64,000 bases of DNA. It comes from Eledone cirrhosa. Lineage: Eukaryota. Shown one piece after another: positions 25,252 to 37,923 of this stretch; positions within the stretch are counted from its first letter, which is position 1; the number at the start of each line of letters is the position of its first letter. The stretch covers positions 30,690,001 through 30,754,000 of the forward strand of contig OZ024748.1 of NCBI GenBank assembly GCA_964016885.1, read 5' to 3'. A model generated the notes under the pieces. It did not search any database, had not been told where the DNA came from, and saw only the letters and a program-made list of their open reading frames with translations. The translations under genes were made by a program, and so were the position numbers.

Positions 25252-25414
25252 AACAGTATTGGTAGAGGGTCGGATGCCATGCTTTCCAGCATAGTTACGT
25301 CCCTTTACGATCTGAGTTCAAATCCCGCCAAGGTTGACTTTGCCTTTCATCCTTACGGAGTCGATAGAATAACTGGGTAATTGCTGGCCTTGTGCCTAAA
25401 GTAGAAACAATTAT
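25252..25414 (+). mobile_element. Nin/Deu-domain tRNA SINE
   Basis: Same family as 63627-63817. Confidence 0.85.
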
Positions 25415-25766
25415 TTTATGTCATATACTTTTAATAAATCCTTTACAGTTCTTAATCATATTCAATATTTAAATTAAGGAGTTCCAGTTAAATTCTGTGA
25501 ACAAAATCTCCATATGGTTTAAATACACAAGTCTCCAATATCCAAATGACTAAATATCAGAAGCAGGGCACCCAGGAGTCATGACCTAGATGTGGCCTGG
25601 CCCCCTTAGAGTAACAAGTTAAGAACTAAAACACCCGAGAGGTGTTTCTTCTCTGAAGACTTATGCTGTCCAGCTCTCCTCACAATTACCACTTTAATCT
25701 TTTTATTGAAAAAATTATATAATTGAAATTTGTTGAACAAAAGATCTTAGATAATTCTGAACTTAC

Positions 25767-26505
25767 CATACAAATTCCAAATGGTGTGTTTCCATTGTTA
25801 TTTTCCACATTGACATTGGGGTGTTGTGACTTCATTAGCACCTCCACTCTGTCTACCCCAACAAGAAATATATAACAGGGTGTCCCCATATTCATTTATA
25901 TGATTTCCCTTCGGTCTAGACTGTAGTAACAACTCTACTGTAGCTGAGTGTTCATCTTGAAAGGCCACATGTTGTGGATAAGTACTGCCATATTTGTTCA
26001 AGACATTCACATCTGCTTTAAATCCCAACAAGTCCATTGTGCCCTCCATTGCAACAAGCTACGTGTAGAAGCAGTGTGTTACCATATTTATTCTTCATGT
26101 TAATGTCATGGACACCATACTCCTGGAGTATCACATCCACTATGTTCCAGTATCCTCGACAACAGACCATATGTAGGTGTGTTACTCTCTTCATTAACAA
26201 CATTAACATCACAGTTAAATTCCAACACTGCCTCAGTCACGTAAAATTTTCCGCTCTCACAGACCAGATGCTGCAGTGTGCTATGATTGCCCCAGTTGAG
26301 AACATTGATGTTAGCATTGGAGTCAATCAACACTTCTACTGGTCTCCTGTCTTTATAGCAACCAGCTAGATGGAGAGGGATGTTGCTAGACTTATCAAAC
26401 CAAATTGGTATCAAGTTTAGACTGTAGTAACAACTCTATTATGTTTGAGAAATCTTCCTCACAAGCCACGTGAAGAGGCATTCCACCACTGATATCTCGA
26501 TTCAT
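25767..26505 (-). pseudogene. Ankyrin-repeat exon with stops and frameshifts
   Basis: About 7 degenerate ANK units (PLHVAC, PLHLAG, NKYGNTLLLHVAC, NNNGNTPF), bounded by tttttcAG (26506-7) and GTAAGT (25766-61). Confidence 0.75.
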
Positions 26506-26949
26506 CTGAAAAATTAAAGAAAAATATGTTTAAAATGATTAGATGATTGGAGAGCTCACATATGTTTAAAATGATTAGATGGTAGGAGAGCTCATATATT
26601 CCATTAAATGGTAGGAGAGCTCAATATATTCCATTTTTGACTTGGTTTCTATGTTTAGATGCCCTTTCCAATGCCAACGACTTTACAGGGTATACTGGGT
26701 GTATTTTATCATTACAACAGCCATATAATTGAAACAATGTCTACAGAGAATCCCTCAATGACTCATCTGTTGGCAAGTTCTGAATAAGAGTTTAACGACA
26801 GTGCCAAGTTTTCCTGCACAGAAAAATTTTCAAAAGAAACTTTAAAAATATAATCCTTTCATTACAGATCCACTGACGAAATAAGGCAGTGTTTTGCCTC
26901 ATTCAATATATTCAACATACAGCAGTGGTGTTTAACACATGATATATAT

Positions 26950-28620
26950 TTCAATAGAAAGAATAGGGAAATATATAAAAAAAAAAAAAAAGGAGAGGGG
27001 ATAGCAAGAGCTGTGGTGTTGCAGAAGAGAGGGGAGTGAGGGTGATTGGGATTTGGGTCTAGGGCAAGGGGGCCGGAGTGCTGCGCCTTGCGGACAAGAC
27101 GGCAAAAGCATTCCACCGGATGAACACCAGTGACACCCGCTGCAACAGTCACCCAACCTTACAGGGCTCCCTCCTGACAGAAGACCTGCAATTGATGTTG
27201 TCCCAGTTACATTGGACCGTGGTATACTGGGGGATAGAGCCTGTTCCATCTCAGGTTCAGCTGTCTGGCTGAGAACCTTGCTGATGAGAGCGCGACAAGA
27301 GGAGATAGAGAGGTAGGCAGGTAAAGCTAGGTCCGAAGCTGATTGGAGGCTGAGACCACCGAACCTCACTGGGAGTGTCGCCTGTTGCCAGCCTGCGCTG
27401 TCGAAACTGACATTGCAGATGAGTTCCACAGTGTTGAATGGTGGCGTCAAATTCCCCAAGAAGATCTGCACAGAGTGGTGGGGGTGCAAAGTGGACCGCA
27501 CAGTGTGAATATGAGTTTGGGGAGGGCGAAACAGTTCTTCAAGGGGAAGAGTGCGGGGTGAGCGTCAATGAGACGCAGCCTCTCTGCTAATCAGGACAAA
27601 TCTGCATGGTTGGTCTCCAGGCATTCTCTTATGGCTTTCGGAGGAATGGGGGAGCTGAGAATGAATGCGGCGTCATTGGGTGTCAGCCGAGCCCCGGCCA
27701 GGATGGGATGGGAGCAGAGTATGGCGTTGCGAGCCTCTCCATAGCTGATGTTGGTCACCTCGGACTTGGTTGGGTTGATCTCAAGTCCGAGGAGCTTTAG
27801 AGCTGGGATGATTTGTTGAAGGTCCTCAACTACCGTCTCAGCTGGGCAGCCCAGGGTCGGGTCTTCGAGGTACCAGACATTGAGGGGTGACCGGAACGAC
27901 TGGGCTACCTTGTCGACTACCAATGCGAATAAGAGCGAGCCGAGTGGGTCCCCTGCTGGACACCTGTAGCAGAAGTAACCCTGCTGTTGACGGCCATCAG
28001 TGAGCTGGGTCTTCCATACAAAAGGTGAACGAGGGGGTAGATTGAGAGGGCTCATCTGAGGCATGTCTCTAGGATGTGATCCCGTCTAATGCTGTTGAAG
28101 GCGTTAGTCATGTCCAGCTTTATGAGGAGGCGCGTGCTCTATGAAGTGTCTGGCCGCATGAGCTGCGGCCTCATAACCACACTTGATTCGCACTCCGAGC
28201 TGGAGAGGGCTTAGCACCTCACTCAGGTCATCTTTGACTGACTTGCAAGCTATCTTGGCTGCAAGCCATCGGAAGACATTAACCACAGCGATGGGGCGGA
28301 CGCCTCCGTCATTCTTCCTCGGGGCAGTCAAGCTGGCTGAGAAGAAAAGATCACGGGCATGGCTGGGAAAGTTGGCACGGAGGAGACAGTTGGTGAGGGC
28401 TGTTAATGACTGGAGCAGTCATTAACCCCTGCTTCCACCTCGTGAGATGAGGTGAGGTCTCGGAGGTGACTGAGGTGCAAGCCGTCGGCAGGAGGGTCTG
28501 GATGTTTGAGGTGCAGCGCTGACAAAACATTCGGTGTTGATGGGATCCGCATTTCACATTGGACACGTGGAGAGAAACTAGAGAGAACAAGAATAGTTTT
28601 TCCAATTCAAGATTGGTAGG
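26950..28620 (-). mobile_element. Decayed CRE-like non-LTR retrotransposon
   Basis: KNDGGVRPIAV.NVFR.LAAK, PLQLGV, GDPLGSLLFAL, WYLED and QATLPVRFGGL motifs. Confidence 0.85.
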
Positions 28621-29752
28621 TTAACGATAGAGGTAGAGAGGGAACTGGGTGAACAACATTAACTCTGGCAGTGGGGCTCGGATGGGGGGTAGGTGGCGTT
28701 GGAGGCAAGCTAGCTGTTACAGGAGTGGTGGGGTGAATAAGGGGTTCAACAAGGCTAATTTCGACTGAATCCGACGATAGAGGGGGATATAGGTTAGAAA
28801 AAAAACTGGAGGAAAAATATAATTGTTTCTACTTTTGGCACAAGGCCAGCAATTACTCAGTGTATTACTGGTAGTTTATTTTATCGACTCCAGTGGAGGA
28901 AAAATATAATATATTCATGAAACACATGTTACGCTTGATTACGAATAAAATGTTAAACTGAAACTTCCAACTCTCAATCTTAATATTTATATTTCTTTTC
29001 AGAACTCGCCCTCGTTCAGTTCAGAATTGGCATTAAACTGGGGCTTGAAGGAGCCGTCCAAAAAGTCCTTTCTTAATTTAAGATGGTATAATGCAACCTG
29101 AAAGAAATTTGGTTGTTATTTCTAACAGGTCAAGCGACCACATAGAGGTTTTCGCTCCTTCGCTCAAAGCAAACATATTTGTTAGTGTTATTGGTTTTAG
29201 CCAAAATGTTCTTGTTGAAATTAATAATTTTTATTGGATATGTGTGATTCTAGAGAAGAAAAGGTTCCAACAGCGTTACCATTTAAATCAAAAAGTTCAG
29301 CACTACATATTAGTCTTTTGTGTTGGGTCAATCAAGAAACCAACTGAAGATCACACTAACATCAAACGAATTCGATGCAATTCTGCGAGGGAAGATTTTT
29401 ATAAATAAGACAGGACACTTTATAGAATTTCAATGATTTTTTCCCCTTTTCTTTTCAGTTTTTTTATTTAACCTTATTAGATTATATGTAGCCTTTTCCT
29501 ACTTTGATCGTATATTTCTGTGTGTGTTTAAATTTTATTAATTCTTTAACGTGCGACAGTCGGCCGCACCTCACACCTTAGGGGTTACATACACACTTTG
29601 AGGCAAGCCAACACGCTCGCAGCATTGCCATGGGTGATGGTGAGTCTAAGGCGCTCTCACATGCATCATCTGACACCTCAGTAAGGTGAGCTGCCAGTGA
29701 AAAGTACTTCGCTGTCAGCGACCAAACGTCTCGAACGCCACAGACTGGAAAC

Positions 29753-30180
29753 AATAATTGGCGATCCTTGGTTTTAGTGTCCTAAATTATCATCATCGCC
29801 ATTCAATTATTAGCTCTACACAATACGTATCCAACTGGTGAAGGTAAATGTTTTGAAAAGATTTTAAACTGTATATCGCAACAATACATTGTTTAAAGAA
29901 ATTTTTTTTCTGTTGTTAAAAACTGTAAATCTGTTAAAAGAAATGTATTTCGCAGCAATATTTTTTCTGTTAAAAACTGTAAATAAATATTCAAGTAAAA
30001 ATGAAGCATAGTGTTTCTATTAAAAACTTAAAAACTAAATAAATATTCATGTAAAAATGATGAAGCATGTAAGAAAATGAACATGTCAAAATCAAGCAGC
30101 AGCGTATCGTGTAGAGATGGAGCTAATAATTGAATGGCGATGATAATTTAGGACACTAAAACCAAGGATCGCCCAATAAT
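29753..30180. repeat. Inverted repeat of about 65 bp around an AT-rich spacer (MITE-like)
   Basis: ggcgatccttggttttagtgtcctaaattatcatc / gatgataatttaggacactaaaaccaaggatcgcc. Confidence 0.7.
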
Positions 30181-30936
30181 TATTTGATAAGGGTCCATTA
30201 ATTCTATTTCCATGTGAAACACCATGACTATAATACAATTTCCCTAGTTGGTCTAATTTTTTGTTGGGTGAGCGGGTAGCAAAATGTGGTTGTGTTGCTG
30301 CTGACTCTAGCCACAATAAAGAATATTTAAACTTTATTTCGGTACTGAATCAATATCACACAGATAAACAATATATATATAAAAGATGTTTATTGGTTGA
30401 ATCACACGAAAACTACACACACACATCTAAAGAGAGAGAGATATGCCGTTATACAGGAAAAGATACAATTAAAGTATTAGATATTCAGAGAGAGAGTAAT
30501 GTCCCTCGAAAGTCTAAAAACGGCTTAAAGTATAGATCAAAGGATCTATAGGAAGGTTTAACAATATTGCGTTAGCTTTTATAAATTCGTTTTACAGCCC
30601 TTAATTTTAAAGAACAAAGAAAAATTGAAACTAGTTGAAATTAATTTACCCTCCATATTAGATTTCGTACTAACGAAGCAACGCTTCAGAAGTAATGTTA
30701 TGCGGTATATTGCTGTTTCAGATGACGTCCTTTGGAGCTGAAAAAGATCATACTGACTATGGTCATTAAACAACATTTAAAATCCAAGGCCAATACTACC
30801 ATTTAATCTGCAGTTGGTACTCAGTCGAAGCAGCCGATAAAAGCAAAACATCGTTTATTTCCGTATTACTACCACGCGTAAGTGGAGTTACTTAAATGAA
30901 ATTTTTTTTTTCACGCGTTTTTTATTTTTTATTTTT

Positions 30937-31587
30937 GGCGATATCCAATTTTAGTGGACTAAATGCTGCTTACGTGCTGTAGTTGCTGCTTACTTCAATG
31001 TATGAGGCTATTCCAACAAATTTACATTCCCTTTTTTTTAGTCGTTAAAAGAAATATAGATTTATTTATTGTTTTTTTTTGTTATTTATTTGCCACGTTT
31101 TTGTTTGTTTTGTTTTTTTTTCCGATCTGTGGGGATATGTCGCCGGCCAACAAATGGTCCTCTTCTTCCGATACCACTTCGAAAGAAGGATCAAGGTGGA
31201 GAGAAAGGCACTCAGTCCCAGCCAATTCCATGAAAGATGGGTGAAAGTAGCAATAATGGCCCATGTAAGTGGGCCATCTCTCTATATCGGCTTGTACCCC
31301 TCTCTCTCTGTGCTCCCTGGCAGAAAGGTCGCACACTTTCTACGGGGGTGTGTGTGACCGCAAAAGGCTAATAAATCGCAAAAAAACAAACAAACAAAAA
31401 CGTGGCAAATAAAGAAATCTATGCCCCAGTGGCAAATAAAAAAATAAAAAAACAATAAATAAATCTATATTTCTTTTAACGGCTAAAAAAAAGGGAATGT
31501 AAATTTGTTGGAATAGCCTCATACATTGAAGTAAACAGCAACTACAGCAAGTAAGCGGCATTTAGGCCGCTAAAATTGGATATCGCC
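30937..31587. mobile_element. MITE with TIRs of about 190 bp
   Basis: GGCGATATCCAATTTTAG...CTAAAATTGGATATCGCC. Non-coding, with no clear TSD. Confidence 0.8.
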
Positions 31588-32716
31588 GTTTAAATACTCA
31601 TCCTTCTATTTGGAAAAACTACAAATGCTCTGTATAGTCTTAAAAAGATTATTTCGCGAAAATTTCAGTGGGGATGGTCACGGTTGGAGTTGTTCATCAG
31701 CAGAGCTCAAAACACGATAACCCTAGTCCACTGTAGAATATTCCAAAAAGGGAATTTAAAGACAGGCTAAGTTCACCTCGTACGTAATTATGAAAAATAA
31801 ACGCACATGGAGAGACATGGCTGGTGTATATATATTTAACGTAATATAAAGAGCAGGATTTCTATGCTGTGACATGAAAAAATGTAAAGTAACAGAATTA
31901 GTTTACCTGTAGAATAAAAAGATGAAAGTTTCAGCCTTTTGGAAATTGAGACTTGGTTACTTTAAAAATAAACGATTTCTGTAAATTAACGCACTCCACC
32001 AGTGACATCAATACTTTCAACCAATGAAATTTCTTTTATTTTCCAACTTTCTCAAAGAAATATATTTTTTACACAGTAAACCCAAACTTTTTAAACCACG
32101 CCCTATTCATGGAATACTCGACGTAGCATGTACATAAAAAAAATAAAAAAAATATATATACATGTATATATAAAATATAAAATAAATAGACAACATGTAT
32201 ACGCAAGTTGTATTCCATTAGTTCTGTTATATTATTTTATGTATTTCCATTTTTTTTTTTATGTAAAGGTCAGGTAGGGTGATTGGTTAATCCAGTGCCT
32301 AAACTTTCGCTGTTACCAGCGTCAGTGCTGCATTTAGTGCAGGATTTAACTATAAGCTTAGGGTCACACACCATTGGAGGCCTCATTTTTTAAATATATT
32401 TAATATATATTTTTATTTTATAATTAGGTTTTATTCTTCAGCCCAAAAGTTTGACATAGAGAGCTACTACGCCTCTATTACTTACCCACCCACTCCTTAC
32501 GGCTGCTTTGAATTCTCTCTTAACGCATAACCGACCTGGCATCCACAGATCAGATTGTCATCTTACTCCGTCCCCTTAGTTCTATAGGCAGGTTCAGCCC
32601 CCCCCCCCCCCTATGAAGGATGGGCCCCACCGCGTACCGTTGTAGTTGGTGTAGAAGAAACAGGAAGACAACAACTGGAAAGTTTGATTTTCTACTTTAT
32701 CATTTACTTTTATTAT

Positions 32717-32850
32717 ACGGCCCTTGCCATTCTAAGTTCAAATCCCGCCGAGGTTAACTTTGCCTTTCATCCTTACGGGGTCGATAAAATAAAGTACCAG
32801 TAATGAACTGAGTTATTGCTGGCCTTGTGCCTAACGTAGAAACAATTATT
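32717..32850 (+). mobile_element. 5'-truncated Nin/Deu-domain SINE
   Basis: gttcaaatcccgccgaggttaactttgcctttcatcc...gtagaaacaattatt. Confidence 0.85.
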
Positions 32851-33139
32851 ATGTAACCTTAACTCCGGAATTTAACAATGTATACAAAATCTGTTAACAC
32901 TCCCACTGACAGAAAAGAAAAACAACAATTTTTAGAATTTGTCAGTGTTGAACAAAATGGCAATGATGGTTGCCGAACAATAATAATTTGGGCTGTTTAT
33001 TTACAAACAAACCGAGCATTATAATAAATGTTCAGTAAAACCCATACGTACATATATATATATGTGTGCATGTATGTTACGTCTGCATACATATATGTAT
33101 GTATGTATACATACTTATATATATATATATATATAAGTA

Positions 33140-34237
33140 TGCATTTTCTGACGCTTGCACTGCCCTAGGATTGACTGTCAGTCTCAGGAAAACTGTCGTC
33201 ATGTACCAACCTGCCCCTGGTAAGCAGTACACTGAACGAAACATCTATGTGTATGGTAAACGACTTGGAGTGGTTGATCAGTTTGTCTACCTGGGAAGCA
33301 CTGTCAATCGATACAGCAACCTTGACAGTGAAATCTCACTTAGGATTAGGAAAGCAAGTGATGCTTTCGGAAAGCTAGAAAGGCAACTCTGAGACATATG
33401 CAGGAGGACATAGGTAAAGGTGTACAGGGCATGTGTGCTCTCTTGTCTTTATGCCTGCGAGACCTGGGTCACATATCGACACCACCTTAAGCAATTGGAG
33501 CGTTTCCATCAGATGTGTCTCAGACGGATCCATGGCGTTCACTGGAGGGACCACATCAGTGATGTTGAGATTTTGAAAAGCTCTATGTGTGACAGTATAG
33601 AAGCTCTTGTGCTTAAGCAATGACTCCGTTGGAGTGGTCACCTTGCCAGGATGAAGGATTCTAGAATACCAAAACAACTCTTTTATGGAGAGTTGGTTAA
33701 AGGAAAACGACCGCCACATAAACCAAAAAAGAGGTATAAGGATTCCTTGAAAGCCTCTCTGAAAGACGCTAACATCTCTGCTGATACATGAGAAAATATT
33801 GGTGCTGATCGTAATAAATGGAGAAAGACTTTATATGAGGGAAAAGTTGCCTTTGAGGCATCTCGAATCGCATACGAGAAAGTAAAGCGGGATGTGAGGA
33901 AGGGCATTGCTGTTGCACTTCCAGACGGCGAGGGTCCTATGGTGCTGACATGCAGCGTCTGTGCCTAAGCAAAGCTGGACTCGAAAATCATCTTCGCAGT
34001 CATAAAGTAAAACCAGTGGTTGACTACCAGGCTGCTGTTGGAGATGCTACTCATCATGCTTGCCAAACATGTGGTAGAGAATGTAAATCAGCAGGAGGGC
34101 TCAAGCGACATGCAAAAGTACACAAACTCTAACCACAGCCGACTATTCCCAGTGAATGTTTTGGTTGCCGACTCTGTGCAAGACATTTTAGATCATTGGC
34201 TGGGCTAAAAAGCCACATTCGATCGCAGCGCTGTTAG
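33140..34237 (+). mobile_element. RTE (BovB-like) LINE 3' end with C-terminal C2H2 zinc fingers
   Basis: FVYLGS, LYACETW, RWSGHLARM and PKQLFYGEL motifs, then CxxC...HxxxH motifs. Confidence 0.88.
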
Positions 34238-34483
34238 TTGCTATTGTGTGTGTGTGTGTGTATAGATATGTTTATGTGTATGTGTATATGTATATTATTA
34301 TTGTTGTTGTCGTTATTATTATTGTTATTAATGTATATGTGTGTATATATGTATATGTATATGTGTATATATATATATATATATTATTTTTATTTTCTTT
34401 TTTATTTATTAATTTTTTTTTTTTTCTCCTCATGCAATGGCCATACTCGATAACGAGGGGGCAGCCATCATATATATATATAT

Positions 34484-34808
34484 CATCATTTCATTTTACG
34501 TCCGCTTTTTCCCTGCTTGCAAGGGTGGGACGGGGACTGATGCTGGCTTGATTTCTACAGCTGGATGCCCTTCCTAACACCAACCTCATTTTCAGTGAGT
34601 GCTGGGTGCTTTTTTGCCATGGCACCTCCACGACCACTTCACAGTGGAATGATATGGACCCAGTCCCTATCATCTCATTTCTACAGCTGAGTAAACTGGA
34701 GCAATGTGAAATAAAGTGTCTTGCTCAAGGAAACAACACATCACCCGGTCTGAGAAGAACCTTTCAATTGCAAGGCCAATGCTCTAACCAACTAAGCCAT
34801 GTGCCTTC
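34484..34808 (-). mobile_element. CORE/Meta-type SINE
   Basis: Same family as 2671 and 16155. Confidence 0.88.
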
Positions 34809-35065
34809 ATATACATACATATATATATAAATATATACACTCAAACATACATATATACACTCAAATTCAACAATTGACCAAAACAAAATATAAATAATAA
34901 TATATTAAATATAGAAAACAGCTGCCACAACTACCACTGTACTACCACCACAACTACCACACTACCACCACAACTACTACTGTACTACCACCACAACTAC
35001 CACACTACCACTGTACTACCTTCACACTAGGTAAGACCATTCAACCCAAGTAGAGTGGTTTAATA

Positions 35066-35520
35066 ATAATTGTTTCTACTATTGGCACAAGGCCAGCAAT
35101 CACCCAGTACATTACTGGTACTTTTTATTATCGACTCCGTCAGGCAAAGTTAACCTCGGTGGGATTTGAACTCAGAATGGCAAGGGCCGTAACTATGCAT
35201 CAAAGCATGGTGCCCGACCCTCTACCGATACTGCCAATCCACCACCCTAACATGGTATCCGACCCTCTACCGATACTGCCAATCCACCACCCTTGGTTTA
35301 AATAATAATTTCTACTTTAGGCACAAGTCCAGCAATTGGGGAGGGGAAAGTCAATTAAATCGACTCCAGTGTATTACTGGTACTTTATTTTATAGATCCC
35401 GTAAGGATGAAAGGTAAAGCTAACCTCAACAGGATTTGAACTCAGAACGTAAAGGGCCATAACTCTATTCTGCAAAGCATGGTGTCCGACCCACTAGCAA
35501 TTGTGCCATTCCACTACCCT
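35066..35520 (-). mobile_element. Two tandem Nin/Deu-domain SINEs
   Basis: Two reverse copies. The first has a duplicated 5' end. Confidence 0.85.
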
Positions 35521-36084
35521 GTCTAATGTCTCTCTCCATAAAGGAAGAATCAGTATATAGGATGATGTAACAATCAGATATTACCACATCTTGATGTCAT
35601 TGTTGTGGTCACACCTTAAGTGTGTCAAGTATGGTTCAATGACACTTCCTGATAAACTACCACTTAGGTTTAATCCAGTCTAAACTAGTTGTGTGGGTCT
35701 GTGTGCACATATTTAGTTTCCTTCCTTAACTGTTTCCTAACCGTATTTCTAGTGAAGGATACTTCCTATAATTCTCAGATCATTTGAGAGATTTAGTAAT
35801 ATAACTGACATTATGATTATTTAGTTGGAGTTTGGAACATAACTTAACAAAGGTTCATACATAAAATTACAATGGGAGGTTTTTAGATAAGTGTAAACAC
35901 TTTAGCCCTTTCATTAAAAATATTTCATTAGAAACATGTTTCTCATTAATTTAGTGTTTGGAACATAACTTAAAGGTTCCCACATGAAATGTTTTTAGAA
36001 CCGGAGTAATTTGTTTCATTTAACAAAGAAATTATATTTTCGTAAATGCCCCAATTAATTTAAAAACATTCTCAAACCCCAAAC

Positions 36085-36201
36085 TTACACATTACTCTAT
36101 ATATACTATTGTATTTTCACAGTAAAGGCTTTACCTCACATTACATTTACATTACTCTATATATACTATTGTATTTTCACAGTAAAGGCTTTACCTCACA
36201 T
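36085..36201. repeat. 60-bp tandem duplication
   Basis: ttacacattactctatatatactattg...ttacctcacat x2. Confidence 0.9.
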
Positions 36202-36339
36202 AATATTGAATCTATGAGATTTTGATGTTATTTATTTTGAGAACAATACCTTAACATCAGTATGAGTGGCTGGCTACAGCCAGTTTGAACAGAAAGAGGT
36301 GAGAGAATTCTGGCCTGATATATATATATATATATGTGT

Positions 36340-36650
36340 GTTGAGAGAGAAACTGTGTCTGAGAGGGATAGAATGTAGTGTACGGGAGAGGAGACTGAGG
36401 TGGTATGGACATGTGATGCGCATGGAGGATGACCGATGGGTGAAGAAGTGCCAGGAAATGCCAGTTGAAGGAAGACGTGGTAGAGGTAGACCACGAAAAA
36501 CATGGGCGGAGGTGGTGAGAACAGACCTCAGATCATTGAAGCTCACGGTGGAGATGACGAGGGACCGTGACGAGTGGAGAGATGCTGTGCTGAATAAGAC
36601 CCGTCCCACCCTTGCAAGCAGGGAAAAGCGGACGTAAAATGATGATGATA
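36340..36650 (+). mobile_element. RTE LINE 3' terminus
   Basis: RRLRWYGHVMRM...GRPRKTW with a (TGA)n tail. Confidence 0.92.
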
Positions 36651-36664
36651 TATATATATAAAAT

Positions 36665-37320
36665 AAAAAAATGGTGTGCTGCGTGGTTGCAAATGGGTTA
36701 CATATGAATAAAATTAGTCCTTCATCAGTGATCTTCCAGCCTTCATTGGTATTTCATCGCTTTAAAGACCATATACCTCTGGTTGGTGCGAGCAACGGCT
36801 AAAGAAAGTTGTTGGGACACGTAAATAGGGGGAACGAGCGAGACAGTAAACAAACAAAGATGGTAATGCAATGAAAAGTGAGGAAGAAGGAGTCAAGTCC
36901 CTGAAATCGATGAACATAAATTCTGTGAAATCGTAGACGAGAGAGAATAAAGATATCCAACCTGGTCGAAATCTGAGCGAGGAAAGAATTTCGCACAAGT
37001 CAAACAGGAGGAAGTGATGGAGAGGGAGTAGCAGAGAGTGAAAGTGTGAGGAAGAGGCTAACAGAGAGAGAGTGACTGGCAGAGGGGGTAAAAAGAAAGT
37101 GAGATACAGAGAAAGGGGAAGCAGTAACAAAGAAACAGACGGGTCACAGCGGAGGAAAATATATAAATATATGAAAAATATGAAAAAATGGCGTGGTGCG
37201 TGGTTGCAAATGGGCTACATATGAATAAAATTAGTCCTTCATCAGTGATCTTCCAGCCTTCATTGGTATTTCATCGCTTTAAAGACCATATACCTCTGGT
37301 TGGTGCGAGCACGGCTAAAA
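36665..37320. repeat. Element with direct terminal repeats of about 135 bp (period about 517) between TA tracts
   Basis: 36665-36803 is nearly identical to 37183-37320. CTGATGA is present on the minus strand of each repeat. Confidence 0.85.
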
Positions 37321-37522
37321 TATATATATCATCTTGACCAACCAGTCTGTCGGGCGCCCGACAGACTGGTTTTATAATTTTATGATTTAGATCTACCAAA
37401 TCATAATATTATAAAATTAAATCAAATTGTTTAGAACTACAAGTGAAGTGATTCTTTTCCTTTTATATATATATAAATTGAATAATCAAAACCTTAGCGG
37501 TATGTTGCATATCCAATCTCTC

Positions 37523-37591
37523 ATATATTTTATCTGATGAAAACGTACTGAAACACCATTGTACCTTTGAAATATGTATAATAAAATATAT
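37523..37591 (+). ncRNA. Type I hammerhead ribozyme motif (AUA family)
   Basis: atatattttat-CTGATGA-aaacgtac...gtaccttt-GAAA-TATGTA-TA-ataaaatatat, with an 11-bp stem I. Confidence 0.75.
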
Positions 37592-37923
37592 ATTTTGGTT
37601 ATGAAAAATTCCTGTTGAGTGCTTCTAATCTATTGTAAAATTGTATTCGTTGAATAATCAACGAACCATATAAACTTTGGTTATATATATATATATATAA
37701 ACAAATAGTAAAAAGGAAAAAACATTTTTCAGTAGAAAGAGATTTTTTCAGTATAATATCAAAACATTTATTTATAAAATGGATATTTCTGCATTTAATA
37801 ATACCGGTTTCAGCATTATATGCTTTTTCAACGGCAGATGTGCAAAGTGCAGTTAAGTTGCATATGTATACGAATAATAAAATGGGGAAGAAAAATTATT
37901 AGTTTTTACATACATATTTAGAG

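Noticed and set aside
26868-26910. CTGACGA plus hairpin near the CRE element end
   Set aside because: GAAA, stem III and stem I are absent.
31900-32300. CCAAT boxes, a CCACGCCC box and a minus-strand donor suggesting a promoter
   Set aside because: These are short motifs expected by chance, and no linked exon could be established.
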